From assembly GCF_947568905.1 (NCBI RefSeq), contig NC_079168.1, forward strand, positions 69,130,001-69,194,000: DNA of 64,000 nt. The letters are read 5' to 3'. Origin of the DNA: Ostrea edulis (Eukaryota). A program made the translations under genes and the position numbers. Of the stretch, positions 1-12,630 are shown one piece after another. Below the pieces are notes generated by a model that saw only the letters and a list, made by a program, of their open reading frames with translations, had not been told where the DNA came from and did not search any database. The stretch's first letter is position 1; the number at the start of each line of letters is the position of its first letter.

Positions 1-3000
1 TAAACATAACACTGATATTCAGAGTGTTAAACATAACACAGAGAACCAGAGTATTAAACATAACACAGAGATTCAGAGTATTATCAGAGTATTAAACATA
101 ACACAGAGATTCAGAGTGTTAAACATAACACAGATAACCAGAGTATTAAACATAACACAGAGAACCAGAGTATTAAACATAACACAGAAAACCAGAGTAT
201 TAAACATAACACAGAAAACCAGAGTATTAAACATAACACAGAGAACCAGAGTATTAAACATAACACAGAGAACCAGAGTATTAAACATAACACAGAGATA
301 CAGAGTATTAAACATAACACTGAGATTCAGAATATTAAACATAACTCAGAGATTTAGAGTATTAAACATAACACAGAGAACCAGAGTATTAAACATAAAA
401 CAGAGATTCAGAGTATTAAACATAACACAGAGATACAGAGTATTAAACATAACACAGAGATTCAGAGTATTAAAAATAACACAAGAGATTTAGAGTATTA
501 AACATAACACAAAGATTCAGAGTATTAAACATAACACAGAGATTCAGAGTATTAAACATAACACAAGAGATTTAGAGTATTAAACATAACACAGAGATTG
601 AGAGTATTAAACATAACACAGAGATTGAGAGTATTAAACATAACACAGAGATTCAGAGTATTAAACATAACACAGAGAACCAGAGTATTAAACATAAAAC
701 AGAGATTCAGAGTATTAAACATAACACAGAGAACCAGAGTATTAAACATAACACAGAGAACCAGAGTATTAAACATAACACAGAGATTCAGAATATTAAA
801 CATAACACAGAGAACCAGAGTATTAAACATAACACAGAAAACCAGAGTATTAAACATAACACAGAGAACCAGAGTATTAAACATAAAACAGAGATTCAGA
901 GTATTAAGCATAACACAGAGAACCAGAGTATTAAACATAACACAGAGAGCCAGAGTATTAAACATAACACAGAGATTCAGAGTATTAAACATAACACAGA
1001 GAACCAGAGTATTAAACATAACACAGAGAACCAGAGTATTAAACATAACACAGAAAACCAGAGTATTAAACATAACACAGAGATTCAGAGTATTAAACAT
1101 AACACAGAAAACCAGAGTATTAAACATAACACAAAGAACCAGAGTATTAAACATAACACAGAGATTCAGAGTGTTAAACATAACACAGATAACCAGAGTA
1201 TTAAACATAACACAGAGAACCAGAGTATTAAACATAACACAGAGAACCAGAGTATTAAACATAAAACAGAGATTCAGAATATTAAACATAACTCAGAGAT
1301 TTAGAGTATTAAACATAACACAGAGAACCAGAGTATTAAACATAACACAGAGATTCAGAGTATTAAAAATAACACAAGAGATTTAGAGTATTAAACATAA
1401 CACAAAGATTCAGAGTATTAAACATAACACAGAGATTCAGAGTATTAAACATAACACAAGAGATTTAGAGTATTAAACATAACACAGAGATTGAGAGTAT
1501 TAAACATAACACAGAGATTCAGAGTATTAAACATAACACAGAGAACCAGAGTATTAAACATAAAACAGAGATTCAGAGTATTAAACATAACACAGAGAAC
1601 CAGAGTATTAAACATAACACAGAGATTCAGAGTATTAAACATAACACAGAGATTCAGAGTATTAAACATAAAACAGAGAACCAGAGTATTAAACATAACA
1701 CAGAGATTCAGAGTATTAAACATAACACAGAGAACCAGAGTATTAAACATAACACAGAGAACCAGAGTATTAAACATAAAACAGAGATTCAGAGTATTAA
1801 ACATAACACAGAGATTCAGAATATTAAACATAACACAGAGAACCAGAGTATTAAACATAACACAGAGAACCAGAGTATTTAACATAACACAGAGATTCAG
1901 AGTATTAAACATAACACAGAGAACCAGAGTATTAAACATAACACTGAGATTCAGAGTATTAAACATAACACAGAGATACAGAGTATTAAACATAACACAG
2001 AGAACCAGAGTATTAAACATAACACAGAGAACCAGAGTATTAAACATAACACAGAGATACAGAGTATTAAACATAACACAGAGAACCAGAGTCTTAAACA
2101 TAACACAGAGATTCAGAGTATTAAACATAACACAGAGATTCAGAGTATTAAACATAACACAGAGATTCAGAGTATTAAACATAACACAAAGATTCAGAGT
2201 ATTAAACATAACACAGAGAACCAGAGTATTAAACATAACACAGAGAACCAGAGTATTAAACATAACACAGAGAACCAGAGTATTAAACATAACACAGAGA
2301 TTCAGAGTATTAAACATAACACAGAGATTCAGAGTATTAAACATAACACAAAGATTCAGAGTATTAAACATAAAACAGAAAACCAGAGTATTAAACATAA
2401 CACAGAGATTCAGAGTATTAAGCATAACACAGAGAACCAGAGTATTAAACATAACACAGAGAGCCAGAGTATTAAACATAACACAGAGATTCAGAGTATT
2501 AAACATAACACAGAGAACCAGAGTATTAAACATAACACAGAGAACCAGAGTATTAAACATAACACAGAAAACCAGAGTATTAAACATAACACAGAAAACC
2601 AGAGTATTAAACATAACACAGAGATTCAGAGTATTAAACATAACACAGAAAACCAGAGTATTAAACATAACACAGAGAACCAGAGTATTAAACATAACAC
2701 AGAGATTCAGAGTATTAAACATAACACAAGAGATTTAGAGTATTAAACATAACACAGAGATTCAGAGTATTAAACATAACACAGAGATTGAGAGTATTAA
2801 ACATAACACAGAGATTGAGAGTATTAAACATAAAACAGAGATTCAGAGTATTAAACATAACACAGAGAACCAGAGTATTAAACATAACACAGAGATTCAG
2901 AGTATTAAACATAACACAGAGATTCAGAGTATTAAACATAACACAGAGAACCAGAGTATTAAACATAACACAGAGATTCAGAGTATTAAACATAACACAG

Positions 3001-3260
3001 AGATTCAGAGTATTAAACATAACACAGAGATACAGAGTATTAAACATAACACAGAGATTCAGAATATTAAACATAACACAGAGATTCAGAATATTAAACA
3101 TAACACAGAGATTCAGAATATTAAACATAACACAGAGAACCAGAGTATTAAACATAACACAGAGATTCAGAATATTAAACATAACACAGAGAACCAGAGT
3201 ATTAAACATAACACAGAGATTCAGAATATTAAACATAACACAGAGATTCAGAGTGTTAAA
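1..3260. repeat. 27-bp minisatellite (CAGAGTATTAAACATAACACAGAGA-TT/AC variants), ~120 copies, intronic in DDX28
   Basis: Continuous 27-bp unit; rare variants recur at a 893-bp offset (TAAAAATAAC at 471 and 1364). The long ORFs on both strands are by-products of the 9-codon unit. Confidence 0.97.
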
Positions 3261-3384
3261 CAGACGAAATATGGAACAATGAAAATAACACACGAAATGT
3301 AGGGTATTAAACTTCACATGTACGATTTTTACGTAACAAATTGCATAAAAAAGTATGTTATTAAAGAACAGTTCTTCCTTACAG

Positions 3385-3477
3385 TTCAGAGAAGGGAAGT
3401 TTGATGATTTTCAAAGTGAGAAGTCTGATGTAATTGTTTGTACAGATGTAGCTTCAAGAGGTCTGGACACCATTAGA
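3385..3477 (+). CDS. DDX28: DEAD-box RNA helicase DDX28-like, internal exon (motif V)
   Basis: ttccttacag acceptor; translates FREGKFDDFQSEKSDVIVCTDVASRGLDTIR (TDVASRGLD = helicase motif V); AGA|gtaagt donor, phase 0. An alternative acceptor ttcag at 3389 cannot be excluded. Confidence 0.9.
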
Positions 3478-5250
3478 GTAAGTGTTATATAGAGGCCAGG
3501 ACACCATTAGAGTAAGTGTTATATAAAGGGCAGGACACCATTAGAGTAAGTGTTATATAGAGACCAGGACACCATTAGAGTAAATGTTTTATAGAGGCCA
3601 GGACACCATTAGGGTAAGTGTTATATAGAGGCCAGGACACCATTAGAGTAAGTGTTAGATAGAGGCCAGGACACCATTAGAGTAAGTGTTATATAGAGGC
3701 CAGGACACCATTAGAGTAAATGTTATATAGAGGGCAGGACACCATTAGAGTAAGTGTTATATAGAGGGCAGGACACCATTAGAGTAAGTGTTAGATAGAG
3801 GGCAGGACACCATTAGAGTAAGTGTTATATAGAGGGCAGGACACCATTAGAATAAGTGTTATATAGAGACCAGGACACCATTAGAGTAAGTGTTATATAG
3901 AGGCCAGGACACCATTAGAGTAAGTGTTATATAGATGGCAGGACACCATTAGAGTAAGTGTTATATAGAGGCCAGGACACCATTAGAGTAAGTGTTATAT
4001 AGAGGCCAGGACACCATTAGAGTAAGTGTTATATAGAGACCAGGACACCATTAGAGTAAGTGTTATATAGAGACCAGGACACCATTAGAGTAAGTGTTAT
4101 ATAGAGGCCAGGACACCATTAGAGTAAGTGTTATATAGAGGCCAGGACACCATTAGAGTAAGTGTTATATAGAGGGCAGGACACCATTAGAGTAAGTGTT
4201 ATATAGAGGCCAGGACACCATTAGAGTAAGTGTTATATAGAGGCCAGGACACCATTAGAGTAAGTGTTATATAAAGGGCAGGACACCATTAGAGTAAGTG
4301 TTATATAGAGGGCAGGACACCATTAGAGTAAGTGTTAGATAGAGGCCAGGACACCATTAGAGTAAGTGTTAGATAGAGGCCAGGACACCATTAGAGTAAG
4401 TGTTATATAGAGGGCAGGACACCATTAGAGTAAGTGTTAGATAGAGGCCAGGACACCATTAGAGTAAGTGTTAGATAGAGGCCAGGACACCATTAGAGTA
4501 AGTGTTATACAGAGACCAGGACACCATTAGAGTAAGTGTTATATAGAGGCCAGGACACCATTAGAGTAAGTGTTATATAGATGGCAGGACACCATTAGAG
4601 TTAGTGTTATATAGAGGGCAGGACACCATTAGAGTAAGTGTTATACAGAGACCAGGACACCATTAGAGTAAGTGTTATATGAGACAAGGACACCATTAGA
4701 GTAAGTGTTATATAGAGGCCAGGACACCATTAGAGTGTTATATAGAGGGCAGGACACCATTAGAGTAAGTGTTATATAGAGGCCAGGACACCATTAGAGT
4801 GTTATATAGAGGGCAGGACACCATTAGAGTAAGTGTTATATAGATGGCAGGACACCATTAGAGTAAGTGTTATATAGAGGCCAGGACACCATTAGAGTAA
4901 GTGTTATATAGAGGCCAGGACACCATTAGAGTAAGTGTTATATAGAGACCAGGACACAATTAGAGTAAGTGTTATATAGAGACCAGGACACCATTAGAGT
5001 AAATGTTATATAGAGGGCAGGACACCATTAGAGTAAGTGTTATATAGAGGCCAGGACACCATTAGAGTAAGTGTTTTATAGAGGCCAGGACACCATTAGA
5101 GTAAATGTTATATAGATGGCAGGACACCATTAGAGTAAGTGTTATATAGAGGGCAGGACACCATTAGAGTAAGTGTTATATAGAGGGCAGGACACCATTA
5201 GAGTAAGTGTTTTATAGAGACCAGGACACCATTAGAGTAAGTGATATATA
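3465..5250 (+). repeat. 34-bp minisatellite built from the exon 3' end plus 5' splice donor (GGACACCATTAGA|GTAAGTGTTATATAGAGG[C/G]CA), ~53 copies
   Basis: Period 34 (3465 to 3499); the first copy overlaps the last 13 nt of the DDX28 exon; the last copy starts at 5224. Confidence 0.96.
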
Positions 5251-5274
5251 CAAATTTTCACATCATTACAGTAA

Positions 5275-5744
5275 GGCCAATTCAACTTAATTAATAGATT
5301 ATCATGCAGGGTCATCAAAAAGTATGGGGCGGGTGGGAGGATTTAATTTTTTAATTTTCATTTTCTGAGAAAATTATTAAAGACCAACGAATTTTTTTTT
5401 CAGCAGAGGTGCATCATTAAATGCCAGATGGATATCAATCTCTGCTATTTTCACAGACAAATTCCAGTTTAAGCTTTAATTTCAAACAGAAAAATACCAA
5501 ACTTCTGCAAGATTTACGCCTGTAAGAGCACGAGAAATTAAGAAAACCATATAGATTTATTTTCTTCATGTGGCTTTTCACGTTGCTATGCCGGAAATGT
5601 AATTAAAACAAGAAGTGTAAATACCGGAGTCGGACTTGAAAATTTTCTGGAAATTGCAAGTTTCGCAAAATAAAAAAATTCAGGGCAGGCCAATTTTTGA
5701 GGGGCGGGCGGGGATGATAATCTATCAATTAAGTTGAATTGGCC
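5275..5744. mobile_element. PIF/Harbinger-like MITE
   Basis: TIR GGCCAATTCAACTTAATT...AATTAAGTTGAATTGGCC flanked by TAA on both sides (3-bp TWA TSD). Confidence 0.8.
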
Positions 5745-5791
5745 TAAATGTTATGTACAGATCTTCACATCATAAATACAGTACATGTTAT

Positions 5792-5960
5792 ACAGTAAAA
5801 ACTGTCTAATCCAATGCCTGTATATTTCGTTTCACTGGGTATTCCGACTCTTATTTTCGTTCTCAACTTCATTGCTTTTTACACTGTTTATTCTGACACA
5901 CTGTGTATTCCAACAATAAATTGTCTTCCAATGCATGTCAGATTAGACAGGTTTCACTGT
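5792..5960. mobile_element. small Tc1/mariner(pogo)-like MITE
   Basis: taCAGTAAAAACTGTCTAATCC ... CAGATTAGACAGGTTTCACTGta imperfect TIRs with TA flanks. Confidence 0.6.
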
Positions 5961-6248
5961 ACACAGGCCTTCACACCATTAGACTAAGTGCTGAATTGTT
6001 ATTAACTAAAACAAATTTGTGCTGTTTAGAAAATGATGTATGGCAATCCTCCTTAAAATACATGTATTGTGATGGTGTTCCATCCTCGCTACAGCATTCT
6101 AATTTCTGATTATATCCAAATTTCTATGGTACACTTCATTTATAGACCTATGTAGTCTCTGCACCCAAGTAAAATTAAATTGACATGTCGTAATTATCAT
6201 AGTGATTGATTTGGTTCAAATCCTTTGTACACATCTATTTTATTGTAG

Positions 6249-6401
6249 GCTCGACATATAGTAAACTATGATTTTCCCAATTTTATATCGGACTACATTC
6301 ATCGTAGTGGGCGAGTGGGTCGCATTGGGTCACATGGTCATGGGACAGTTACCAGTTTTATCTCCGAGAAGTGGGATGTGGAATTGCTCTGGCAATTGGA
6401 G
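6249..6401 (+). CDS. DDX28: DDX28-like internal exon (motif VI)
   Basis: ttattgtag acceptor; ARHIVNYDFPNFISDYIHRSGRVGRIGSHGHGTVTSFISEKWDVELLWQLE; GAG|gtaatg donor; 153 bp, phase 0/0. YIHRxGRVGR followed by GTVxSF..WDV resembles DDX28 as I recall it. Confidence 0.93.
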
Positions 6402-6508
6402 GTAATGCAAATCAGCTCTGGTAATGTATACAGTAAAGCACGATTAAAGAAAAGTACTGGGGACACAGATTTGATTTGTGATAAATGTAATTCATTATAT
6501 CTCATAAG

Positions 6509-6690
6509 TTCATTATAAGTGTGTTCAATGGAACTTTATTTTACTGTAAGCGTGAATTCATTATAAGTGTGTTCACTGTAACTGTGTATTACTGTAAGCG
6601 TGAATTCATTATAAGCATGTTCACAGTAACCGTGTTTTACTGTAAGCGTGAATTCATTATAAGCGTATTCGTTGTACACTTATTTTACTG
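6509..6690. repeat. 48-bp tandem repeat, ~4 copies
   Basis: TTACTGTAAGCGTGAATTCATTATAAG at 6541, 6589 and 6637. Confidence 0.9.
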
Positions 6691-7201
6691 TAATTGTTTA
6701 TTGGCAAAGAACAAGGTACAATTGTGTACATAAAAAGGCCCCAAAAATTCTCTGATTTAAATGTGTCTTGAGTCAAGCTTGATCTGTGTTTTGAATAAGT
6801 TAAATACATGCCAAGTATACTATCTCAACTTAAATCAAAGTTATTTCTTATTTTATAGCATTATTACGTCATGAATAAGAGTTTTTCCTGCCTTTTTTCA
6901 AAAACAGCTTAATAACTGTTAAATTTGATCCAGATTATTGCTTAGGAAAAGGTGTGCCCATCTGTCGAGCAACATGAACTTAATTTAGATTGTGTATTAA
7001 GACAAGATAAAAAATGTGTTTGAATATCAATTTGCTCGACGCATGGGCTGTATGTTTTCTGAAAGGAAAGCACCCTGAATTTATGAAAATTTTCATCGAT
7101 TTTTTTTTCATTTTTGGCAATTTTATACCAACTTCATGCTCCTGTTCATACAACACAAAGCAATTTTGGATCAAATTAAACCTAGTTTGGATTTGCGTAT
7201 A

Positions 7202-8031
7202 CAGTAAAACTCTGATATAGCGAATTTCTGGGGACCCTCCATAAAAATTCACTATAAGTGTAATTCGCTATATGTTTATAGCGAATTCATAATTCATATA
7301 TAACGAATTCGTTATAAAACTGATTTGTTCTACATGTATACCAGTTATATAAAAAAAAGCAGCAATCGATATATTTGCATTTGTATTGTCTTTAAGAGAA
7401 ATGAAGCATATATATTTTCGAGAAGAAATATTTTCATACAAGAAATACACACATTGATTTATATATGATAATTTATCTTGATGGATTATTAAGTCATGCA
7501 AGAACATGTCGAGAGAGAAATGTCAACAAAAGTTTGCGCAATACATACATGTACAGTCTATTGCAATTGTCATTTACTTGTTGCTTTACACAAATAAAGG
7601 AGTGTACGATTAAATAAATGCAATCAAACTTCAAATTTAATTAACGAGAATAGTAAACAATACCGACAATATATTTGCTAAACGTATGTGTAAGTATTGT
7701 TTTGTGTTAACAACCTTTTTTGAAAAAATACAAACAAAAATTTCGCAATAAGTGTGGATCCTTTATATCAATGGAAGACGATTATTAAAAATCACAAAGA
7801 GTTTAAAATGAAAAAAAATAAATTTGTTATAAAAGGTGATTTTTACGTTCATTTTTAATTCAAGGGGAATAGGAATTTACTTCGTTATATCCGTAAATTC
7901 GCTATATCCGTGTTCGTTATAGATGCGTATTTTTATATAGAACATATAAAGAATTTGCCGGGGAAATCGTTTTCACTTCGCTATAGCCGTAATTTCGCTA
8001 TACCTATGTTTGCTATATTCGAGTTTTACTG
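7202..8031. mobile_element. non-autonomous Tc1/mariner(pogo)-like element
   Basis: ta|CAGTAAAACTC ... GAGTTTTACTG|ta TIRs with TA TSD; subterminal TTCGCTATA repeats. Confidence 0.85.
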
Positions 8032-9743
8032 TATATTCCTTATTTGAATGCCAGATTTTTGGGACTCCTACTGAAATCATCTATTTTCTGGGCCAGATGA
8101 CTGTAGAAACTGTCCCTACTTCTTTAGCAGGTGTTTAGTTTTAGTGATAATTATGTTTTAGCAAATTCTCAATTATGAACCAAAAAATCATGACACAATG
8201 TAAAGACTTTGGTGAGAGCTAAATTCCCTTATCATTGTTTTCCTTTTTGCTGACGTGACATTCTCAGTGTACATCATTAAAAACTGTCATCAAATCTAAG
8301 AACTATGTACTTGGTGTACAAATGATTTTGTGACAATTTTAGCTCTCCTTGATGAGGTAGATGACACCTTATGCTGTAATCCCTGGCGTCAGCGATTAAG
8401 TTTTTAAGACTCAATCCAATTCCCGAGGCAATAGGATATGCCTCACCTTCACCATGAATACGATGTCTAGGAATGTACAAATTTATTACTAGATTCTAAT
8501 GCTGACCAGGCAGTAGCGTGTGGAGCAGGTTAAAGTTTTTGAACTTCTCGGGGGATGTCATCCACCATTTTTGTGTGGCATGTATTACTTAGATGAACAG
8601 GTTAAAGTGATTACAGTAGGTAATGTTTTCCATAGAATTCTGAAAAACCGAAGTTTTTTTTTTTTTTTTTAAAAGATGTTGTTGCAGGTTCAATATAAAT
8701 GCAAATGTAGGGCACTCGCACCTTGACTTCATTATCCATGGAAAATACATTTCATTTGATAAAACACCTGTATGTTTAAATGAATATAGATATTAAAAAA
8801 AAAAAAACTGTTTATTTCCAGACCCAAAGTTAAAGGTGTATACTATTTGCATAGCTGCATCATATACTAATATTTCATTCTTACCAACTCCCATTGATTT
8901 CAGTTTGGTGGTACAATAATAGATTCAATTCAATTCAATTTATTCTCATATTGCACTAAACAACATAGAGAAGATATACATATACACACAATGTTAAACA
9001 AAGAATTCAGTTGACGCAATGCATGAAAGAGTGTAGAGTTTATTATAGGATTAAACATTCTTTGCGAAGCACTTTTATGTTAAGTTTGTGAGTAAAATGT
9101 CCAGAGTTTACACATCGATAAATTCTTCAAAAAGAATGTTTGATTCTTATAATTCGAATTCGTTCCCTGCATTGTCAACTTCAATAATTTGAATACTTTC
9201 CCCGCACTATATTGTTAGTTTTCAAGCGCGTATGTATACATAGCGTTTTTGGATTTATTGATGTGTAAATTCTCGTTTAGATTTATCTTTGTCCAATCAA
9301 AGCAATTGTAATAAATAACATTGGAATTATATTTATTTTAACCTGGAAGGGTAGCTCTCTTGTGATGGACATTATGTGACCACGTCAACAATTGGCTTAG
9401 ATGAAAGGAAAACCGCTAACTTATGTATTTTGCAGAACTCCACTTGTTGTTCTGTTAATTGAAGAGTTAGAATGTTAATTATTAATTTTATTACCATGAT
9501 TCATTTATAGCATGTGATGTTATTGTGAGGAAAACCCCTGAGAATTACCAAAATACCAATGGGGGGGGGGGGGGCATAAGGATTGTCATCAAAGGTGGAT
9601 ATAATTTATTTTATTTGAAAAACTGTTGTATGAAATTATAAACTGCAGAAATGATTGATTGTAATAATTAAATCATCAACCAAATTAGCAAACAAAGAAT
9701 ATTATTTCTAATTTTAATATTTTTTAGGTACAGAACTTTTTAA

Positions 9744-10063
9744 GGAGGTACTCTACATCATCATAATGGCTGACTCTTTTTCAAAAACATGGATGAAAAT
9801 ATGAATATCAGCAATATTTGTCTATTCATTTCAAAAATCATCGCCTAGCTGAGTAGCTCAGTAGGTTAGCATGTTGACTGCTGAACTGTAGATCGCGGGT
9901 TTGAGTCCAGCAGGATTTTAAATCTTTTTTTAGATTGCTTACTACTAAAACTGCATTTTTTGACTAAATAAAGTCGAAAGTTTTCAATTTCAAAATATTG
10001 TTGTACATACATGTACATGTATCCTCCACTTTTCATCCATATCAAATTTCTCTGGTGTAGCAT
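9744..10063. mobile_element. non-autonomous Kolobok-like element with internal tRNA-like cassette (copy 1)
   Basis: ttaa|GGAGGTACTCTACA start; GGTGTAGCAT near the end (right terminus degenerate); same family as 55749-58413. Confidence 0.7.
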
Positions 10064-10861
10064 AAAGTCATTTAAATATTACAACCTTTTAAAAAATGTA
10101 TTTATTTATTAAATTTACTTTGAAAAATCGTTTTTGATGTAACTAGAAAATTTACAATTTTAATACCTATATATTGAATGATTGCTCAGCATGGAAAATA
10201 AGTTGTGGAATCATTTAAATTCATGGCTGTTAATTTTCGTGGATTGTGGAGATTTTACAGTTTCATTGGGATGTAATTTCATCGATATGGTTTCTGTACA
10301 CTGAAACATCATATAAGTTACGTATTTCATTGTGGTTTGAAATTCATGAGATACGGGTACTCACAAAATCCGCGAAAACTGAGCCCCCAAGAAATCTCAA
10401 AATCCACGAAAACTGAGCCCCCAAGAAATCTAATGAAACCAAAGAAAGAAAATAATTCATTATTGTGAGTGTAATTCAACTACAATATAAGTTTTAAAAA
10501 ATGAAGCATACATTTCTAAGGATAATAAAAAAATTCAACTTTCAAAATTTTAATGTGAATTATACAAGAGTACATTAATTGAAAGCAAACTCGGTTGTAA
10601 CCAATGACCTCCCTGTTCCCAGAGTCAGGACATTCTTTAGTGGTGCTCATAAGCACCTCTGGTCCGGTATAGTCCTAAATGGTCTTACATCTTGAAAACT
10701 ATTGGAATTCACATCCTCAAAACATGTGTTCTAGTTCCTTATGGTGGACAAATTCATGTCTGCCCATGAAATGTTTCCTGGTGTCAGACCTCTCCTTGCA
10801 CTACGATATATTCTCTAATATCTTGATTTAAAAACTATTGAGATCCCCACCCTTAAACTAT

Positions 10862-12630
10862 ATATTTATGTCTCCTCTTCCCAGAATGGGGACATATTGT
10901 TTTGGTGTGAATTCTTCTTCGTCTTCTTCTGCCACTTCTCATACAAAGTTTGCCCAGGTCGTAACTTTTTTGTCTTTTGACATAGGCCTTTTATATTTGG
11001 AATATTGGTATACCATGATAGTTAGACAATGTGTTGTGTACCATTTTTGATTACCTTAGACCTTGTCCTTTTATGTTAAATTTTGGGCAGTTTTTTGTCT
11101 GTACCAACTCTTTTGTCTTTTGAAATTGGCCTTTGATAATTGGTATTTGGTATACCATGATAAGACTGTGTCGTATTCCATTTTTGATGACCTTTACCTT
11201 GACCTTTAATGTAAAGGTAAAAAAATAGAATTCTGGGGGCAGTAACTCAGGTGACCTATTGCAATAGGTTGTCGTCCGTCGTGCATTAACAATTGAACAC
11301 TTTTAACTTCTTCTTGATAACTACCAGTCCAATTCTTTTCATATTTGGTATGAAGCATCTTTGGAACAAGGGGGACATAAATTTTAAATTTCAGGTCTCC
11401 AGAACCCCTGGGACCTTTGGGGCGGGGCAAAAACTGCCCAAAATTGACCAATTTTCATAAATCTTCTTCTCAAGAACCACACACGTGTAAGAAAATTTGA
11501 ATGCATGGTGATGTAGAGCAGGAAGGCCTCTACAAAAATTGTAAATTTCATGATCCCTGGGGTAGGGGTTCTGACCCCAGGGTGGAGCCAAACTTGGTAT
11601 TTAGTGTTTATGTGTAAAACTCTTAAATAACATCTTCTTCAGTGCTATTGATACTATATTGAAACTAAATAAATATTTAGAAAGAGCAGGTAGTCCTTTA
11701 CCAAAATTATAAATTTGATGATCCCAGGGGTAGGAGTTAATGGTATCAGGGTGGGGCCAAAATGGTCAGTTATTAAATGTGTGAACATTTTTAACTTCTT
11801 GATAACTATCATTCCACTTCTTTTCATATTTGGTATGAAGCATCTTTGAAACAAGGGGGACATAAATTTTAAATTTCAGGTCTCCAGAACCCCTGGGGCC
11901 TTTGGGGCGGGGCAAAAATTGCCCAATTTTCAAAAATCTTCTCAAGAACCACACACATGTAAGAAAAACTAAATGTATGGTGATGGAGAGCAGGAAGGAA
12001 TCTACCAAAATTGTAAATTTCATGATCTCCGGGGTAGGGGTTCTGACCCCAGGGCGGGGCCAAACTTGGTATATAGTACTTACGTGTAAAACACTTCAAT
12101 AACATCTTCTTCAGTGCTATTGATACTAAATTGATTTTAAATGGATAGAGCAGGTAGTCTTTTACCAAAATTATAAATTTGATGATCCCCAGAGTAAGGG
12201 TTCTGACCAGGGTGGGGCCAAACTTAGTATATAGTATATGTGTAAGTTTGCTGATACTGTATGAAATCTAAATACATACTTAGGAATAGCAGAAAAGGAT
12301 GTACAAAAAATGGTGAATCTCAATCAAAACCCAGGGTTATGACTGTAGGATGAGTCCAAATTAGTCATATCTTTTGATGTTTTAATGTTAATACAGCCTT
12401 TCATCAGTGTATGCACTTTTGAAGGCAGTGAAGTTTTAAGAACACATCTTGATTTATACTGTTGCTGAACATTAGAATTTAGCTTCGATATTCAGAACTG
12501 GAAATTTTTTCTAGATTTCATAGCCCATGGAAATAGTGATACTTTTTCACTAGTATTCAGGTGACCGATAAGGCCTGTGGGCCTCTTGTTGTCTTTTGAC
12601 ATAGGCCTTTGATATTTGGTATCTTGGTAA
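10862..12630 (+). mobile_element. nested HINE/Helentron-type non-autonomous elements (inner element ~11240-12590 with two ~375-bp repeats)
   Basis: Inner element has the CAGGTGACC subterminal motif, GTCC microsatellite and 3' hairpin AAGGCCTGTGGGCCTCTTGTT. Host sequence GTCTTTTGACATAGGCC occurs before it and resumes after 12590. Confidence 0.75.

Noticed and set aside
73-3317. Long ORFs on both strands (RVLNITQR / MFNTLVLCV repeats)
   Set aside because: Consequence of a stop-free 27-bp unit; lies in a DDX28 intron; no unique domain.
1-5250. CRISPR-like appearance of the regular arrays (also 53379, 59650, 60889, 62453)
   Set aside because: Units are head-to-tail with no unique spacers, no cas genes, and the context is eukaryotic.
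8277-8480. Minus ORF (MYIPRHRIHGEGEAY..) as a nested gene in the DDX28 intron
   Set aside because: No recognisable domain; other frames are closed; no supporting exon structure.
8843-8858. Second octamer/E-box composite (ATTTGCATAGCTG)
   Set aside because: Lacks the C needed for CAGCTG, so there is no E-box; intronic in DDX28.
9850-9915. tRNA genes at A/B-box sequences (9850, 19690, 20255, 21630, 46830, 58202)
   Set aside because: No complete cloverleaf or acceptor stem seen; embedded in SINEs or DNA transposons.
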